Below are positions 32,506-44,471 of a stretch of DNA of 64,000 nucleotides, piece by piece; the stretch's first letter is position 1, and each line of letters begins with the position of its first letter. The stretch spans positions 1-64,000 of the forward strand of contig JBECUI020000031.1 of assembly GCA_040954595.2 (NCBI GenBank), in the 5' to 3' direction. Origin of the DNA: Balanoglossus misakiensis (lineage: Eukaryota; Animalia; Hemichordata). A program made the translations under genes and the position numbers. Under the pieces are notes generated by a model. It was not told where the DNA came from, made no database searches, and saw nothing but the letters and a program-made list of their open reading frames with translations.

Positions 32506-34419
32506 TCATTTCCCCTTGGAAAGTTTTGCTGCCTTGTCCTCGTCTATCCACCAGGTCTGCTCTCCAAGAGCATATTTCGGCATGACAGCGGGACGGGAAA
32601 ATTTGTTCCAGTATGCGATTCTGAATTGATTGATGTGCCACTGGGGAATAACATAATGGTTCCACTGAAGTAGCCGGTCCAGGGCCCTTCCCCAGGAGAG
32701 TAGAGCTAGGTTGTCTTCCTGATTGGCCACAATACCTTCCACTAGATAGTCCACGGCAGGATCCTGCACCCCAGCACTGTTGTAGGTGCTGTCAAGATAA
32801 TCAGAGTGCCAGACAAGTTGCAAATCCGAGTCAGGGAAGAAACTCCCCGCAAAAGATCCGGAAATCATATCGAAGTCACGGTCCCTGTAACGATTCAGCC
32901 ATTGGGTGGTATCCACGATGCGGATGTTCATGATAACTCCCAGACGTTTAAAGTTCTCCTGCAAGGGGATGGCAATGCGTTCCATAGAAGGACTGTGGAG
33001 AAGAAGCTCAAATTCCATGGGTTCACGGTTTCTCCGTTCACCATCACCTGATCCTGAATTTCCCATCCCGCTTCCTGAAGAATTGCCAGGGCCTTGGTAA
33101 TGGTTTCCCGACTGTTTCCGCTGCCATCGGTAACGGGAGGCTGGTATTCCGTGCTAAACACTTCTGGGGGAATCTGATCACGGATCGGCTCCAGTATTTT
33201 TAATTCCTCGTCACTCGGGGAGCCCTTGGCTTCAAAAGGCGTATTCTGAAAGAAACTGCGGTTGCGAGAATACTGGTTGTAGAAAAGATTCTTGTTCAAC
33301 CACTCAAAGTCCATGGCATAGCCCAGGGCCTGCCTGACCCGACGATCCTGAAAAACTCCCTTTGGGTATTGAAAACAAAGGCCTGCATTCCCGGAGGAAT
33401 CTCATGGGGAATTTCTTCTTTTATTATCTGCCCCGTCTCAAACGCGGCTCCAGTGTATAGCGTGGCCCAGTTCTTCGATATATTTTCCGAACGGAAGTCA
33501 ATCTCTCCAGCCTTGAGCGCCTCCATGGCCACTGTTTGATCCCGATAGAAGTCGTAACGGTAATAGTCAAAATTAATCTGTCCCCGAAGTACAGGCAGAT
33601 CCCAGGCCCAGTAGTCTTTTATCCTCTCGTAAACCACGTACTGCCCCATGGCATAATCCGAAACGGTAAAGGCTCCGCTTCCCAAGGGAACCTCCGTAGA
33701 AGGTTCGGTAAAATCCTTGTCCCTCCAGTACTGCGGGGGAAGGATCTTTAAGCTTCCGAGAGAAATGAGTTTCTCTTTATCTCCCTGGGTCAGGCTGAAT
33801 TTACCCGGTGTTCATCCAGGGCCTCCACTGCGCTCACAGATTCGTAATAAATACGGAATTGGGGGACACCTTCTTCAAAAAACTTATTAAAGGAGAAAAC
33901 CACATCTTCGGCGACTAAGGGTTTGTTATCCTGATGCCGGGCCTCGGGGCGAAGGTGAAAGATAATCCAGTCATACTCCGGAGGATATTCTACTTTTTCG
34001 GCAATGAGTCCATAATACACATCAATTTCATCCAGAGAGCTTAGCATCAGAGAGTCATAAAACAGCTCGCTTCCCGGAGGAGTATTGCCTCGTTGACCAT
34101 AACGATGAAAACTGTCGTAGGTGCCGATGGCCGCCAAAATAAAAGTTCCGCCCTTGGGAGCCTGGGGATTGACGTAATCGAAATGGGGAAAATCCACAGG
34201 ATATTTAGGTTCACTGCGAAGGGATATGGCATGACTGATGATGACCCCGTCTTCGTTCACTACTTCCACCGGATTGGGGGTAATGCTATCGACAGCAGAC
34301 ATTTCTTCCGCAGCAGAGGCTGTCTCCGTTATTTGCGTATCCGGTTTTTTTGCCTCTCCACAGCCGATAGCCGAAAAGACAAGGACCAATAAACCCATCT
34401 TTGTGAGAATCTCTTTCAT
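32506..34419 (-). CDS. yejA: Peptide ABC substrate-binding lipoprotein (YejA-like), frameshifted
   Basis: Lipobox AIGC, PKYPVDFPHFDYVNPQAPKGG, RALDRLLQWNHYVIPQW. Confidence 0.87.
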
Positions 34420-34448
34420 ACTCAATCCCTTACAATACCTTTTTAACT

Positions 34449-35909
34449 TCACAAATACATATCATGCATCGCCGAGCGAAGCTTTCTCCCTATCACCTCG
34501 ATGGGATGACGGCGGATAGACTCATTGACGGTAATAAGCTCTAAGTCATCTATCTCCTCACCTTGGGGAGCAGCATAGGGGCTACCTATATCGCCGGGCT
34601 TGAGATCAAAAATAAAGCCCTTCAATAAAGGAACCGCCGAGTGAGAGAAGAGGTAGTTACCATATTCAGCGGTGTCGGAAATAATCCTGTTCATTTCATA
34701 GAGTTTCTTGCGACTGATCAAATTGGCAATCAGAGGCAGTTCGTGGAGAGATTCATAGTAGGCCGATTCTTCCTTGATACCACTTTCCACCATCACTTCA
34801 AAGGCAAGTTCCACCCCAGCCTTTACCATGGCCACCATAAATACCGTCTCTTTAAAATAGACTGGGCTGGAAAGCTTTTCGGCCTCAGCAGCCTTTTCAA
34901 AGGCCAGGGAGCCGGTATCCTCCCGCCAGGTCAGCAAATCCTTATCGTCGGCCTCCCAATCTTTCCGCATTCTCTGAGAGAATTCACCCGAAAGAATGTC
35001 GTCCATATGATGGCAAAAAAGAGGTCGCAATAAATTTTTCAGTCGGTCTGATAACTCGGAAGCCCGAATTTTGGCAGGATTGGAAAGTCGGTCCATCATG
35101 TGGGTGATGCCGCCATATTTTAAAGCTTCGGTAATGACTTCCCAACCAAATTGAACCAGGCTGGCGGCTTTTTTCTCAGAGACGCCGTCGGCTATCATCT
35201 TGTCAAAGCAGAGTTGCGAACCAGTCTGGAGCATGCCGCAAAGGATGGTCTGTTCCCCCATCAGATCGGATTTTACCTCGGCAACAAAGGAAGATTCCAA
35301 GACCCCGGCCTTGTCAGAACCTAGTCCCACGGCATAGGCCTTGGCAAACTCCAGCCCCTGTTTCTCGGGGTCATTTACAGGATGAACGGCTATAAGGGTC
35401 GGCACGCCGAAGCCCCGCTTGTATTCTTCTCTAACTTCCGAACCCGGTGCCTTGGGGGCCACCATGATAACGGTAAGGTCTGGACGGATTATCTGGCCCA
35501 TTTCTACAATGTTAAAGCCATGGGAGTATGAGATCACAGCTCCCTTTTTCATAAGAGGAACCGCATTTTCCACCACGGCACCATGCTGCTTATCGGGAGT
35601 CAGATTGATTACAAGATCGGCCTGGGGAATCATTTCCTTGAAGGTTCCCACAGCAAACTTATATTCCTGGGCGTTTTTCCAGGAATTACGCCTTTGAGCA
35701 ATGGCCTCATCCCGCAGAGCATAGGACACATTTAAGCCGCTATCCCTCAGGTTCAAACCCTGATTGAGCCCCTGGGCACCACATCCCAAAATAACAATTT
35801 TAGCCCCTTTTAATTTTTCCGTTCCGTGAAATTCCTCTTTTTCCATGAAACGACAGGTCCCTAACTGACCACACTGCTCCCGAAAGGGAAGAGCCTCGAA
35901 ATAGCCCAT
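34449..35909 (-). CDS. ilvC: Ketol-acid reductoisomerase, long (class II) form
   Basis: [33 protein letters not shown]; 486 aa. Confidence 0.96.
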   Translation of the reverse strand: MGYFEALPFREQCGQLGTCRFMEKEEFHGTEKLKGAKIVILGCGAQGLNQGLNLRDSGLNVSYALRDEAIAQRRNSWKNAQEYKFAVGTFKEMIPQADLVINLTPDKQHGAVVENAVPLMKKGAVISYSHGFNIVEMGQIIRPDLTVIMVAPKAPGSEVREEYKRGFGVPTLIAVHPVNDPEKQGLEFAKAYAVGLGSDKAGVLESSFVAEVKSDLMGEQTILCGMLQTGSQLCFDKMIADGVSEKKAASLVQFGWEVITEALKYGGITHMMDRLSNPAKIRASELSDRLKNLLRPLFCHHMDDILSGEFSQRMRKDWEADDKDLLTWREDTGSLAFEKAAEAEKLSSPVYFKETVFMVAMVKAGVELAFEVMVESGIKEESAYYESLHELPLIANLISRKKLYEMNRIISDTAEYGNYLFSHSAVPLLKGFIFDLKPGDIGSPYAAPQGEEIDDLELITVNESIRRHPIEVIGRKLRSAMHDMYL

Positions 35910-36009
35910 ATCTATCTGCTCCTTCTGTCCAAGCTATTCTTCAGATTATTCATTATCTTTTCTCCGGTCAAGAACCCCACGGTATTGGCGGCAGTTCTGA
36001 ATTTAAATA

Positions 36010-36999
36010 TTACCCAATGGTCGCTACTAAAACGGCCTTGATGCTATGCATGCGGTTTTCTGCTTGGTCAAAGACCACGGAGCGAGAAGAACGAAAAACT
36101 TCGTCGGTAACTTCCATGGACTCAAGGCCAAAGCTCTTGTGGATCTGCTGCCCTATTTTTGTTCCTGTATCATGAAAGGCTGGTAAACAATGCATAAAAA
36201 GAGAGTCTGCCCGGCCTGTCTTTTCCATGAGTTTACCGTTGACTTGGTAGGGTCTTAGCAAAGCAATTCTTTCAGCAAATTTATCCTCTTCCCCAAGCGA
36301 AGCCCAAACATCCGTATAGACAAGATCGGCCCCCTTCAAACCCCGGTTGACATCATCGGTAATGTCAATTTCTGCCCCGGTAAGCTTTGCCACAGATCGA
36401 ACATACTCAAGAATTTCATTAGAAGGAGAAAGAGATTCAGGACCCACGGCCGTAAAGGCCATTCCCAGCTTGGCCGCTCCTATCATTAAGGAATTACCCA
36501 TATTGTTCTTGGCGTCTCCTACGTAAACCAGCTTCAGGCTCTTCCAGGGTTGGGTTCTATGTTCTGCCAAAGTCATTAAATCGGCCAGGACCTGGGTGGG
36601 ATGATACAGTTCTGTCAGACCGTTCCACACAGGAACTCCAGAGTAGCGGGCCAGATCTTCTACTGTCTGCTGCTTCTCTCCCCGAAATTCAATCCCATCG
36701 TAGTAACGTCCCAGTACCCTGGCCGTGTCCTCAATGGTTTCCTTATGTCCCATTTGACTGTTTGTCAAAAAGGTTACCTGTCCGCCTTCGTCATAAGCCG
36801 CCACTTCAAAGGCACAACGAGTGCGGGTGGAGGTTTTTTCAAAGATCAGGGCAATGTTTTTCCCCTCCAGAAGCCTACCCTTAATTCCTGAGCGTTTCTT
36901 TGTCTTTAAATCCGCAGAGAGCTTCAGTAAATAAAGGATTTCCTCTGCAGAAAAATCCCGGAGAGTCAGTAAAGATCTCCCCTTAAGGTTGACAGGCAT
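36010..36999 (-). CDS. argF: Ornithine carbamoyltransferase
   Basis: STRT, HPTQ, HCLP, QAENR motifs. Anabolic vs catabolic role is not resolvable. Confidence 0.92.
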   Translation of the reverse strand: MPVNLKGRSLLTLRDFSAEEILYLLKLSADLKTKKRSGIKGRLLEGKNIALIFEKTSTRTRCAFEVAAYDEGGQVTFLTNSQMGHKETIEDTARVLGRYYDGIEFRGEKQQTVEDLARYSGVPVWNGLTELYHPTQVLADLMTLAEHRTQPWKSLKLVYVGDAKNNMGNSLMIGAAKLGMAFTAVGPESLSPSNEILEYVRSVAKLTGAEIDITDDVNRGLKGADLVYTDVWASLGEEDKFAERIALLRPYQVNGKLMEKTGRADSLFMHCLPAFHDTGTKIGQQIHKSFGLESMEVTDEVFRSSRSVVFDQAENRMHSIKAVLVATIG

Positions 37000-37131
37000 A
37001 AGCTTTCTCCTATTATTTTTAATACTTAAAGCTCAGCATACAGAATTCTCCCGTCTCCTTCCAGCCCGCTTATGGCTAAGAAATCTGTTTTCTTCTTTGG
37101 AATAAAGTCCATAGTTTACTATAATGGAGCT

Positions 37132-37515
37132 ATGAAGACTTTTTCCATGAACATTGCCTATGTTCTTATCCTTGTTTTTTTCCTCTTTGCCTTTGCCCTG
37201 TCGGTACTTCTTATTGTCAACCTCAGCCAAGAGGAAAACTTAAAATGGTCCTTCCAACTACTGATTAAGAGTGCTGGAGGCATATCTCTTATTGCCGTAC
37301 CAGGTTTAATACTTCTCGTTTGGCGCTATCTCCGCCGTCGAGAATTCTCTGCTGTTTCCGTAGAAGATTTGATTCTGGACACGAATCAGCTTAAAGAAGC
37401 GGTAGATTACTGGGTGTATATAAAAAAGGGACACAGGATGGAAGGACCTGCCAATTTTCTATTGAAGGATGATGGCAACATGGAATGCCGGGTAACTATC
37501 CGCCGAGAAGACTAA
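37132..37515 (+). CDS. Hypothetical 2-TM membrane protein
   Basis: ORF with two hydrophobic segments and a GGAG RBS before ATG 37132. Confidence 0.6.
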   Translation: MKTFSMNIAYVLILVFFLFAFALSVLLIVNLSQEENLKWSFQLLIKSAGGISLIAVPGLILLVWRYLRRREFSAVSVEDLILDTNQLKEAVDYWVYIKKGHRMEGPANFLLKDDGNMECRVTIRRED

Positions 37516-37693
37516 GAGTTATACCACTTCCAACCCCCCAACGAATTTCAAAGGGGGGGCACAAGCAGAAAAGAAGAAGTTTCGTTTCTGCTTGCATGCT
37601 CTCCTGTACTCTGATAGAAACAAAAGCCAGCCCTGGAGGCTCCGGTAAAATCTGCCCATGATTCCAACCCAAACATGCTGGTTCATCGCAGAA

Positions 37694-38800
37694 TTATCTC
37701 TTAGTTTTCTTTCTTTCCAGGCGGAGCAACCTGCCGTTGTTCTCGTCAGTCAGCAGATACACATGGCCCTGGGGGCCTGTGCGCACTGAACGAATACGCC
37801 CCAGGCGATTTTTAAGAAGAATTTCTTCGTCTACCACGGTATCTCCAAGCAGAGTGACTCTGTACAGAGACTGAAACTTCAAAGCACCAATAAGAAAATC
37901 TTCCCGCCACAAAGGGAACTCCTGGCCATAATAACGGGCCAGTCCCGACAGAGCGGGAGAGGGTGTCCACTGCTTTAAGGGCTGTTCCATCCCTTCCAGG
38001 GCTACTCCCACACCTATGGATTCTCCGCTGCGGTATTCCTTACCATAGGTGATTATGGGCCAACCGTAGTTCCTACCCTTCTGGATGAGGTTAAGTTCAT
38101 CGCCTCCCTGGGGTCCGTGTTCATGGGCATAGAGGGCATTGTTTTGGGCATCAAAATACAGTCCCTGTATGTTGCGGTGTCCGTAACTGTATAATTCTGG
38201 CTCTCCTTCGGGGGGAATACGAATAATGCCTCCCAGATGAGAGTCTGTGTTTTGTGCTTCTTGTCGAACGTTCCGTTCCCCCAGACCAAGGTATACCGTA
38301 GCATCCGGGGCTATGGCGATTGGAGCACCAAAGTGCAATTTTGAGGCTTTTTCCGGCATGGCAGCAAAGAGAGTTTCCAGTCCTTCAGCCTGTATGGTGT
38401 TTCCTCTAGTCTGTATCTGGAAACGGACAAGGGCCGAAGTGTTAGCTGCGTGTCTTCCACGGGCATAGCTTAAGTAGACCCATCCTTTGTGGTAGGCCAG
38501 ATCCAGCCAGCCGCCTTGTCCACTTTGATAAACATCTTCAGGAAGATTCTGAACCAAACGGAGGGTCTTGTCGGCAAAATGCCAGAGTCCACCGTTTCGC
38601 TCACTAATAAGCATGCTCCCATCTTCCAACCAGGTCATACCCCAAGGATGGTTCAGACCAGTAATGTATTCCCGCACCTCCAGGTCGTATTCACGGCTTC
38701 TTTCAGTAAACAGGATTCTGTCAGTCAGGCTGGGAGCCGAAAAAGTCAACGAAGAGAACAGAAAAAACACAATCGCAGTGGCCAAAATCTTTCGAAACAT
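37694..38800 (-). CDS. PQQ-dependent sugar dehydrogenase (YliI/GSDH family)
   Basis: GLNHPWG, GQGGWLD, YGHRNIQG, HEHGPQGGDELN, NYGWP. Confidence 0.92.
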   Translation of the reverse strand: MFRKILATAIVFFLFSSLTFSAPSLTDRILFTERSREYDLEVREYITGLNHPWGMTWLEDGSMLISERNGGLWHFADKTLRLVQNLPEDVYQSGQGGWLDLAYHKGWVYLSYARGRHAANTSALVRFQIQTRGNTIQAEGLETLFAAMPEKASKLHFGAPIAIAPDATVYLGLGERNVRQEAQNTDSHLGGIIRIPPEGEPELYSYGHRNIQGLYFDAQNNALYAHEHGPQGGDELNLIQKGRNYGWPIITYGKEYRSGESIGVGVALEGMEQPLKQWTPSPALSGLARYYGQEFPLWREDFLIGALKFQSLYRVTLLGDTVVDEEILLKNRLGRIRSVRTGPQGHVYLLTDENNGRLLRLERKKTKR

Positions 38801-38958
38801 GACAAAAACCTCACTCTTTTAGGTAATTGACAATACCAAAAATTATCCGAGAAATCAAGAACCAAAGGGAAGGTTCTCCTTCTAAGGGCCTAGGGTATTG
38901 TCGAAACAAGACTGGCACCTTCTGGATGAGGCTGCCCTGATACTGATGATTTTTCAGG

Positions 38959-39465
38959 CTATCGAGTCAGTTCAGTGATCACCTTACGGAGCTGGGGATA
39001 ATGCCTTATCAGTGCATCTCTTTCGGCCAACTCAAAATCTTGAAAGTCGAAACCTGGAGCCACGGTACAACCGACAAAACTGAACTCACTTCCCTGTATT
39101 GGACGAGAGGCAAACCAATTCCCGGCTCTGACCACATACTGCAGTAGCTGTCCATCCAGGATATTTTGACCCAGAATCGTGTTTTTTAACCTACCGCCTG
39201 GATCAATTTCAAGCACTTCCAATGGTCCACCTAAATAGAAATGCCACATCTCGTCGGACTTAAGACGATGAAAAGCTGAAAAGTTATCCTTGTCTAAAAG
39301 AAAATAGATACCAGAAGAGCAGCACCTTGCGCCGTTAAAGCCCTTGGCTTCTATGCTGAGTTCCCCCCGATACGTTTCTGCATAAGCTCCCCCCTCGGGA
39401 TGGTTCTGCATGCAGAAATGTTCAATCAAAACTTCCTTGGTTACAAGCACAGGAATCTCCTTCAA
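38959..39465 (-). CDS. Cupin_5 (DUF985) protein
   Basis: HPEGG.Y.ETY, FHRLKSDEMWHFY.G, VGCTVAPGFDF. Confidence 0.92.
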   Translation of the reverse strand: MKEIPVLVTKEVLIEHFCMQNHPEGGAYAETYRGELSIEAKGFNGARCCSSGIYFLLDKDNFSAFHRLKSDEMWHFYLGGPLEVLEIDPGGRLKNTILGQNILDGQLLQYVVRAGNWFASRPIQGSEFSFVGCTVAPGFDFQDFELAERDALIRHYPQLRKVITELTR

Positions 39466-39956
39466 TGCAGGAATGCCCCAGGGGCTGTCCCTCCCCTATG
39501 TTTTTTTCTATGCCGTGAAAAACATTCCAGTTTTTTAGGTTTTCGGTAAATTTTTTTTAAAAGCCTCTATTCCTCCCCGGAGAAACCACAGTTAATCGAC
39601 ATATTCCAGACAAGCAGCTCTGGCTGCGGCTTCAACAGGGCAACGACAACCTGCATTCAGGAAGAAAAGGCACAGAATGCTGCTTGAACATTCAAGTCCA
39701 AAAATCCAGAGAACCTCCACCCATTTAAGAGCATGATAGGCTTTTTGAGATGCTATGAAAAGAGAAGGAAGTTTGATTTGTTGCTTAAGTTATTTTTTTC
39801 TCTATTGACCTTATCCGCCGACACTCACACTATTTGTTAACCTCTTGCTGATTATCAATCGGACCTTAGGTGATTTTCAGGAGCTGATGTTCCAGGTTGA
39901 CAAGAGGTCTCCGTCAGGAGAAGGACTGTGGTTATTTCTGTTTGACAGCGAGGTAA

Positions 39957-41003
39957 ATGGTGCCAAATAAACTGAGTGCTTTGGAAAAACTTTTTAAGGA
40001 ATCCCTGGCAAAGGTCACCGATAAGACAGCTTGGGTGGATCTGAAGGCCCGCTTTCTTGGGAAGAAAGGTGAACTCAATCAGATTCTGAAATCCATCAAA
40101 GACACCGATGTAGAAGAGCGGCGGGCCTTGGGCGAAGCGGCAAACTCCCTCAAGATCCGCCTGACCAAAGCTCTTGAAGAGCGGCGGGGGCAGTTGGAAC
40201 GAAGTGACATGGATAAGAAGCTTTCGGAAAAGTGGACCGATATCACTTTGACGGAGACACTGCGGGAACGGGGACTAGAAGAGGCAGGATTTCATCCGGT
40301 AAGCCTTGTCCAAAGGGAGTTGGAAGATATTTTCCTTTCTATGGGTTTTGACGTCTTGGATGGCCCTCACATTGAAAATGAGTCTTACAATTTTGAGTTT
40401 CTCAATATCCCTGAAAATCATCCAGCCCGAGACATGCAAGACACATTCTGGTTCAAAGACATGACCCACCTGCTCCGGACCCACACATCTCCCATACAAA
40501 TGCGGGGCATGGAAGCCAAGTCCCCTCCGTTTAAGTTTGTGGCTCCAGGAAAGGTTTTTCGCTGCGAAAACACCGATGCTTCCCATGAAGCGGTGTTTCA
40601 TCAAATGGAGGGAATGCTTGTAGACCGGGACATTACCGTGGGCAATTTGATTTATTTCGAGAAGATTCTGTTACGGGAAATTTTTCACCGTGATGTGAAA
40701 ATTAGGTTGCGGCCAGGGTATTTTCCCTTTGTAGAACCAGGCTTTGAACTGGATATTCAGTGTCTGGTATGTGAGGGGGGGGGATGTCCGGTCTGCAAAC
40801 GGACAGGTTGGGTGGAGCTCCTGCCCTGTGGTATGGTGCACCCCAAGGTCCTCAAGTTTGGAGGAGTAGACCCAGAAGTCTTTAATGGTTTTGCCTTTGG
40901 CCTGGGTCTCGATAGGTTGGTTATGATGCGGTACAGAATTGACGATATTCGGCATCTTCATTCGGGGAATTTGGCTTTCAGTCGTCAGTTTGCTCATTGT
41001 TAG
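39957..41003 (+). CDS. pheS: Phenylalanine-tRNA ligase alpha subunit
   Basis: HPARDMQDTF, LRTHTS, FHQMEG, YFPFVEP, GFAFGLGLDR. Confidence 0.97.
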   Translation: MVPNKLSALEKLFKESLAKVTDKTAWVDLKARFLGKKGELNQILKSIKDTDVEERRALGEAANSLKIRLTKALEERRGQLERSDMDKKLSEKWTDITLTETLRERGLEEAGFHPVSLVQRELEDIFLSMGFDVLDGPHIENESYNFEFLNIPENHPARDMQDTFWFKDMTHLLRTHTSPIQMRGMEAKSPPFKFVAPGKVFRCENTDASHEAVFHQMEGMLVDRDITVGNLIYFEKILLREIFHRDVKIRLRPGYFPFVEPGFELDIQCLVCEGGGCPVCKRTGWVELLPCGMVHPKVLKFGGVDPEVFNGFAFGLGLDRLVMMRYRIDDIRHLHSGNLAFSRQFAHC

Positions 41004-41015
41004 GAGGGTACGGCT

Positions 41016-43441
41016 ATTAACATATCGATGGATTGGATTAAAGACTTTGTGGATCTGCCAGAGTTGCCTGATCAGGAAATCGCTGAACGTTTAACTCTTT
41101 CGGTTTGTGAAGTAGAGAGCCATGCCCGCTGGGGGGCTATTCTCCAGAAAGTCACCGTAGCCAAGGTAAAAGAGGTCCAGGACCATCCCCGGGCTGAGAA
41201 ACTTCTGATAGCTGTCTGCGATACCGGCAAGGGAGAGGTCCGGGTAGTCTGCGGGGCCCCTAACTGCCGCCCTGGCATCCTGGCCCCCTATGCTGGAACA
41301 GGAACTACCTTCCCCAATGGCCTAACTTTAGAGTCCAGAGATATTCGGGGGGTTCGTTCCGAAGGAATGCTCTGTAGCGAACGGGAACTTGGTCTGGGCG
41401 ATAGCCACGAGGGTTTGATGCTGCTTCCTACCGGGACAGCAGTCGGAGAAACCTTGGGAAAGGTTCTTAATATCTCGGAAGATTTGGTTCTGGATATCGA
41501 TAATAAATCCCTTACTCATCGCCCCGATCTCTGGGCACACTTCGGCATGGCTAGAGAATTTTCAGCACTTCTGAACAGGCCTTTAAAGAATAAGTTCGAT
41601 GATGCCTGGGCGGCTGATCTAAGGTCCCGTTTTACCAAGGAGGCTCCACCAGTCACCTTGTCCGTAGATCCTAACTCGGCAAGTCTTGGCTTCTTGGGAC
41701 TTTCTGTTAACGGGATAAAAGTCTCCACGAGCCCTCCTTGGATGCAGCACCGACTTCTAGCTGCCGGAATGCGGCCAATCAACAACATTGTCGACATTTC
41801 CAACTATGTTATGCTGGAAATGGGCATACCCAACCATATTTTTGATCGTCGTAAAATAACCGGAAACAAGATTGTGGTGCGCCGGGCAGGAAAGGGCCAA
41901 AGCTTTGTCACTCTTGATAAAATTGAGCGGAGACTGGAAGAGCAGGACACATTGGTCTGTGACGCCCACAGGCCCCTGTCCATAGCAGGAATCATGGGAG
42001 GCCAGGAAAGCTCCGTATCTTCCCAGACCACAGAAATCATAATAGAAGTTGCAAACTGGCAGGACAACGAGGTTAGAAAAACCAGCAACCGCCTGGGATT
42101 AAGGACCGATTCTTCTCAGCGCTATGAAAAGTCTCTGGACAGCCAGCTACTTGAACGTACTTTGCTACGCATTCTTGAACTTATTCTGGAACTGAATCCT
42201 CAGGCCCGTCCGGTGGGAGGAATGCAGTCAGCAACGATCCCCGCCTATCGTCCCCTGATCATCGAAATATCTGCAAAACAGATAAGCAAGGTACTAGGTA
42301 TTGAGTTGCCCTTAACCCAGATCAGAAAGATTCTGGAATCCCTGGCCTTTGATATAGAAATGAAGGCCGGAGAAATTATGGCCGTCACCGTTCCTTCGTG
42401 GCGTTCCACAAAAGATATTGAGTATAAGGCCGACATTGTGGAAGAGGTAGGGCGTCTAGTCGGTTATCAGAAGATCCCTCCAAAGAGCCCCCTTACCGCC
42501 ATTGCCTCTGTAAGTCTTTCTCCATTAAAAAAGATGCTTCGGTCCATGGGAGACTACCTTGTGCTACGGGGTCGGGCCTTAGAGGTAATGACCTATCCCC
42601 TGGTTGGAAAAGCCTTGCTGAAACAAGCTGCCTGGCCTGAACTCAACAAAGAACTGCTGCTTTTTAACCCTCTGACGCCAGAGCAGGACCGTATGCGTCC
42701 CAGCCTCATCCCCAGCCTCCTCCAGGCAGCAGCCTCCAATGCTAGGGCATACTCCCGGTTCCGCTTCTTTGAGATTGGGCGGAGCTATGTTCCTGGAGAT
42801 AAAGGTTCTAAGGAACCGTTCTCTAAGGACTTGCATCAGGTAGGTGTAGTTTTCCGAGAATCTGGAACCAATCCTTTTATGGCCCTTGTGGATATTGTAC
42901 AAGGAATGGCCCGGCTTATCGGAGCTCAGCTCCTACCTGCCGACCCTCAGAAGTCCCACCCCCTCATCCCCGCCGACTGGATAGGAAGTCATCCTCAGGA
43001 ATTTCTGGATATCCAAGTGGATGGAGTTTCCTGGGGGATAGTCCTTTCGGTGCATCCCCAAATGCTCAGGGCCTTTAAAATCAAGGGAGAAGTCTCTCTA
43101 GCCGTACTCAGTTTGGAAATGTTTCGAAGATTTCCCTTTCCGATACCGTTTTGTACCGCCCCCTGGAACGTTTCCCAGGAGCTGATTTTGATGTTACCGT
43201 TGTGACGGAAAGATTCACCTATGCCGCTGATGTGCTAGCTGTAATCAAAAAGCTGACTCTACCCCAGATAACTTCTGTTAAAGTGTTGGATCTTTTTAAT
43301 CTGGATGGAGGAAGAATGGCCCTTACCCTACGGGTAGTCTTTCGCGATCCCCAAAAAACACTATCCAGAGAATTTTTAAAACAGATGGAAGAAACCGTCA
43401 TCCAGGCCCTTGCCGCTGCGGGTTATCCATTAAGAATCTGA
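41016..43441 (+). CDS. pheT: Phenylalanine-tRNA ligase beta subunit; frameshift near 43130-43150
   Basis: HPRAEKL, VCGAPN, SEGMLCS, RPDL, NNIVDISNYVMLE, DIVEEVGR. The anticodon-binding domain is in ORF 43151-43441. Probable ATT start at 41016. Confidence 0.93.
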
Positions 43442-43604
43442 AGTAGAAGATATTCTATCCACTCCATGCTGTATAAAAACAAGCAAGAGGAAAAACTGCT
43501 TCAGGAAGCTGGGTATGCAGCATCCATGATTCACATTCTCTATGGCATATTTTCATATAAAACACATACCCTTATGCTAAGTTTTGGTGTTGGAGGCTAT
43601 TAAT

Positions 43605-44255
43605 ATGAAAAAATTGCTTTGTCTTTCAGTTTTTATTTCTGCTTTCCTTGCTTCTACTTTTGGCCAAACCGATGGCGGTTCTAGTGCCACCTTGCAATCT
43701 ATGCCCCGAACCCCACCACCCCGTACGGCACCTCGCACAACAGCCCCGAGTATACCTCAGACTTCGCCCTCCTCTGTACCTATACCCAAGCAAAACCAAT
43801 TGAGGACACAGATTCCCTGGCTAGATACTTTTATGGCAGAACAGAGCCGCAAGGGCATTCTTGTTGGTAGGGTAGGATACCTCAGGGATCCCTCGGGCAA
43901 GCTTCTGGTAAGTTTGGAACTCACGGAAGGAGGCTTAAGGTACACCTATCTTATGGATGGTCAGACAGGAAGTGTTATAAGAAAAAATGCAGCTAACTCC
44001 TGGAATAGTGGCCGAGACAACGACAGGTATTACGATGGCCAAGACAGCAACTGGTATTACGGTGGCCGAGACAACGACAGGTATTACGGTGGCCGAGATA
44101 ACGACTGGTATGACGGTGGCCGAGGCAACGACTGGTATGACGGTGGCCGAGGCAACGACTGGTATGACGGTGGCCGAGGCAACGACTGGTATGACGGTGG
44201 CCGAGGCAACGACTGGTATGACGGTGGCCGAGGCAACGACTGGTATGACGACTGA
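43605..44255 (+). CDS. Secreted hypothetical protein: Pro/Thr linker, PepSY-like segment, C-terminal Gly/Asp nonapeptide repeats
   Basis: MKKLLCLSVF signal peptide, GGAGG RBS, (GGRGNDWYD)n tail. Confidence 0.7.
   Translation: MKKLLCLSVFISAFLASTFGQTDGGSSATLQSMPRTPPPRTAPRTTAPSIPQTSPSSVPIPKQNQLRTQIPWLDTFMAEQSRKGILVGRVGYLRDPSGKLLVSLELTEGGLRYTYLMDGQTGSVIRKNAANSWNSGRDNDRYYDGQDSNWYYGGRDNDRYYGGRDNDWYDGGRGNDWYDGGRGNDWYDGGRGNDWYDGGRGNDWYDGGRGNDWYDD
44007..44249 (+). repeat. Coding VNTR, 9 x 27 bp (last five identical GGTGGCCGAGGCAACGACTGGTATGAC)
   Basis: Counted directly; no spacers between units. Confidence 0.95.
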
Positions 44256-44471
44256 AGAAACAAGTTTTGCTTAAGTTAGATTCCTGGGAAAAGTCATAAT
44301 TCCCGGGAATCAGCCTATTGGACGAATGGACAGACTTGAGTTTAAGCTAAGTCCTGCCCCGACAGAGTCAGTTTGGCTAGCTCAACAAAGCAGCAAGCTT
44401 TCTATGTAAGCAATCTCCCGAACACAGGCCCCAGGCTAGACCAGAGCAGAAAGCTGGATTATAGTCACTCT

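Noticed and set aside
39470-39956. T-box leader upstream of pheS
   Set aside because: No GGTGGNACC T-box motif or terminator/antiterminator was recognised.
44007-44249. CRISPR array
   Set aside because: Head-to-tail 27-bp repeats without spacers, in frame within a CDS.
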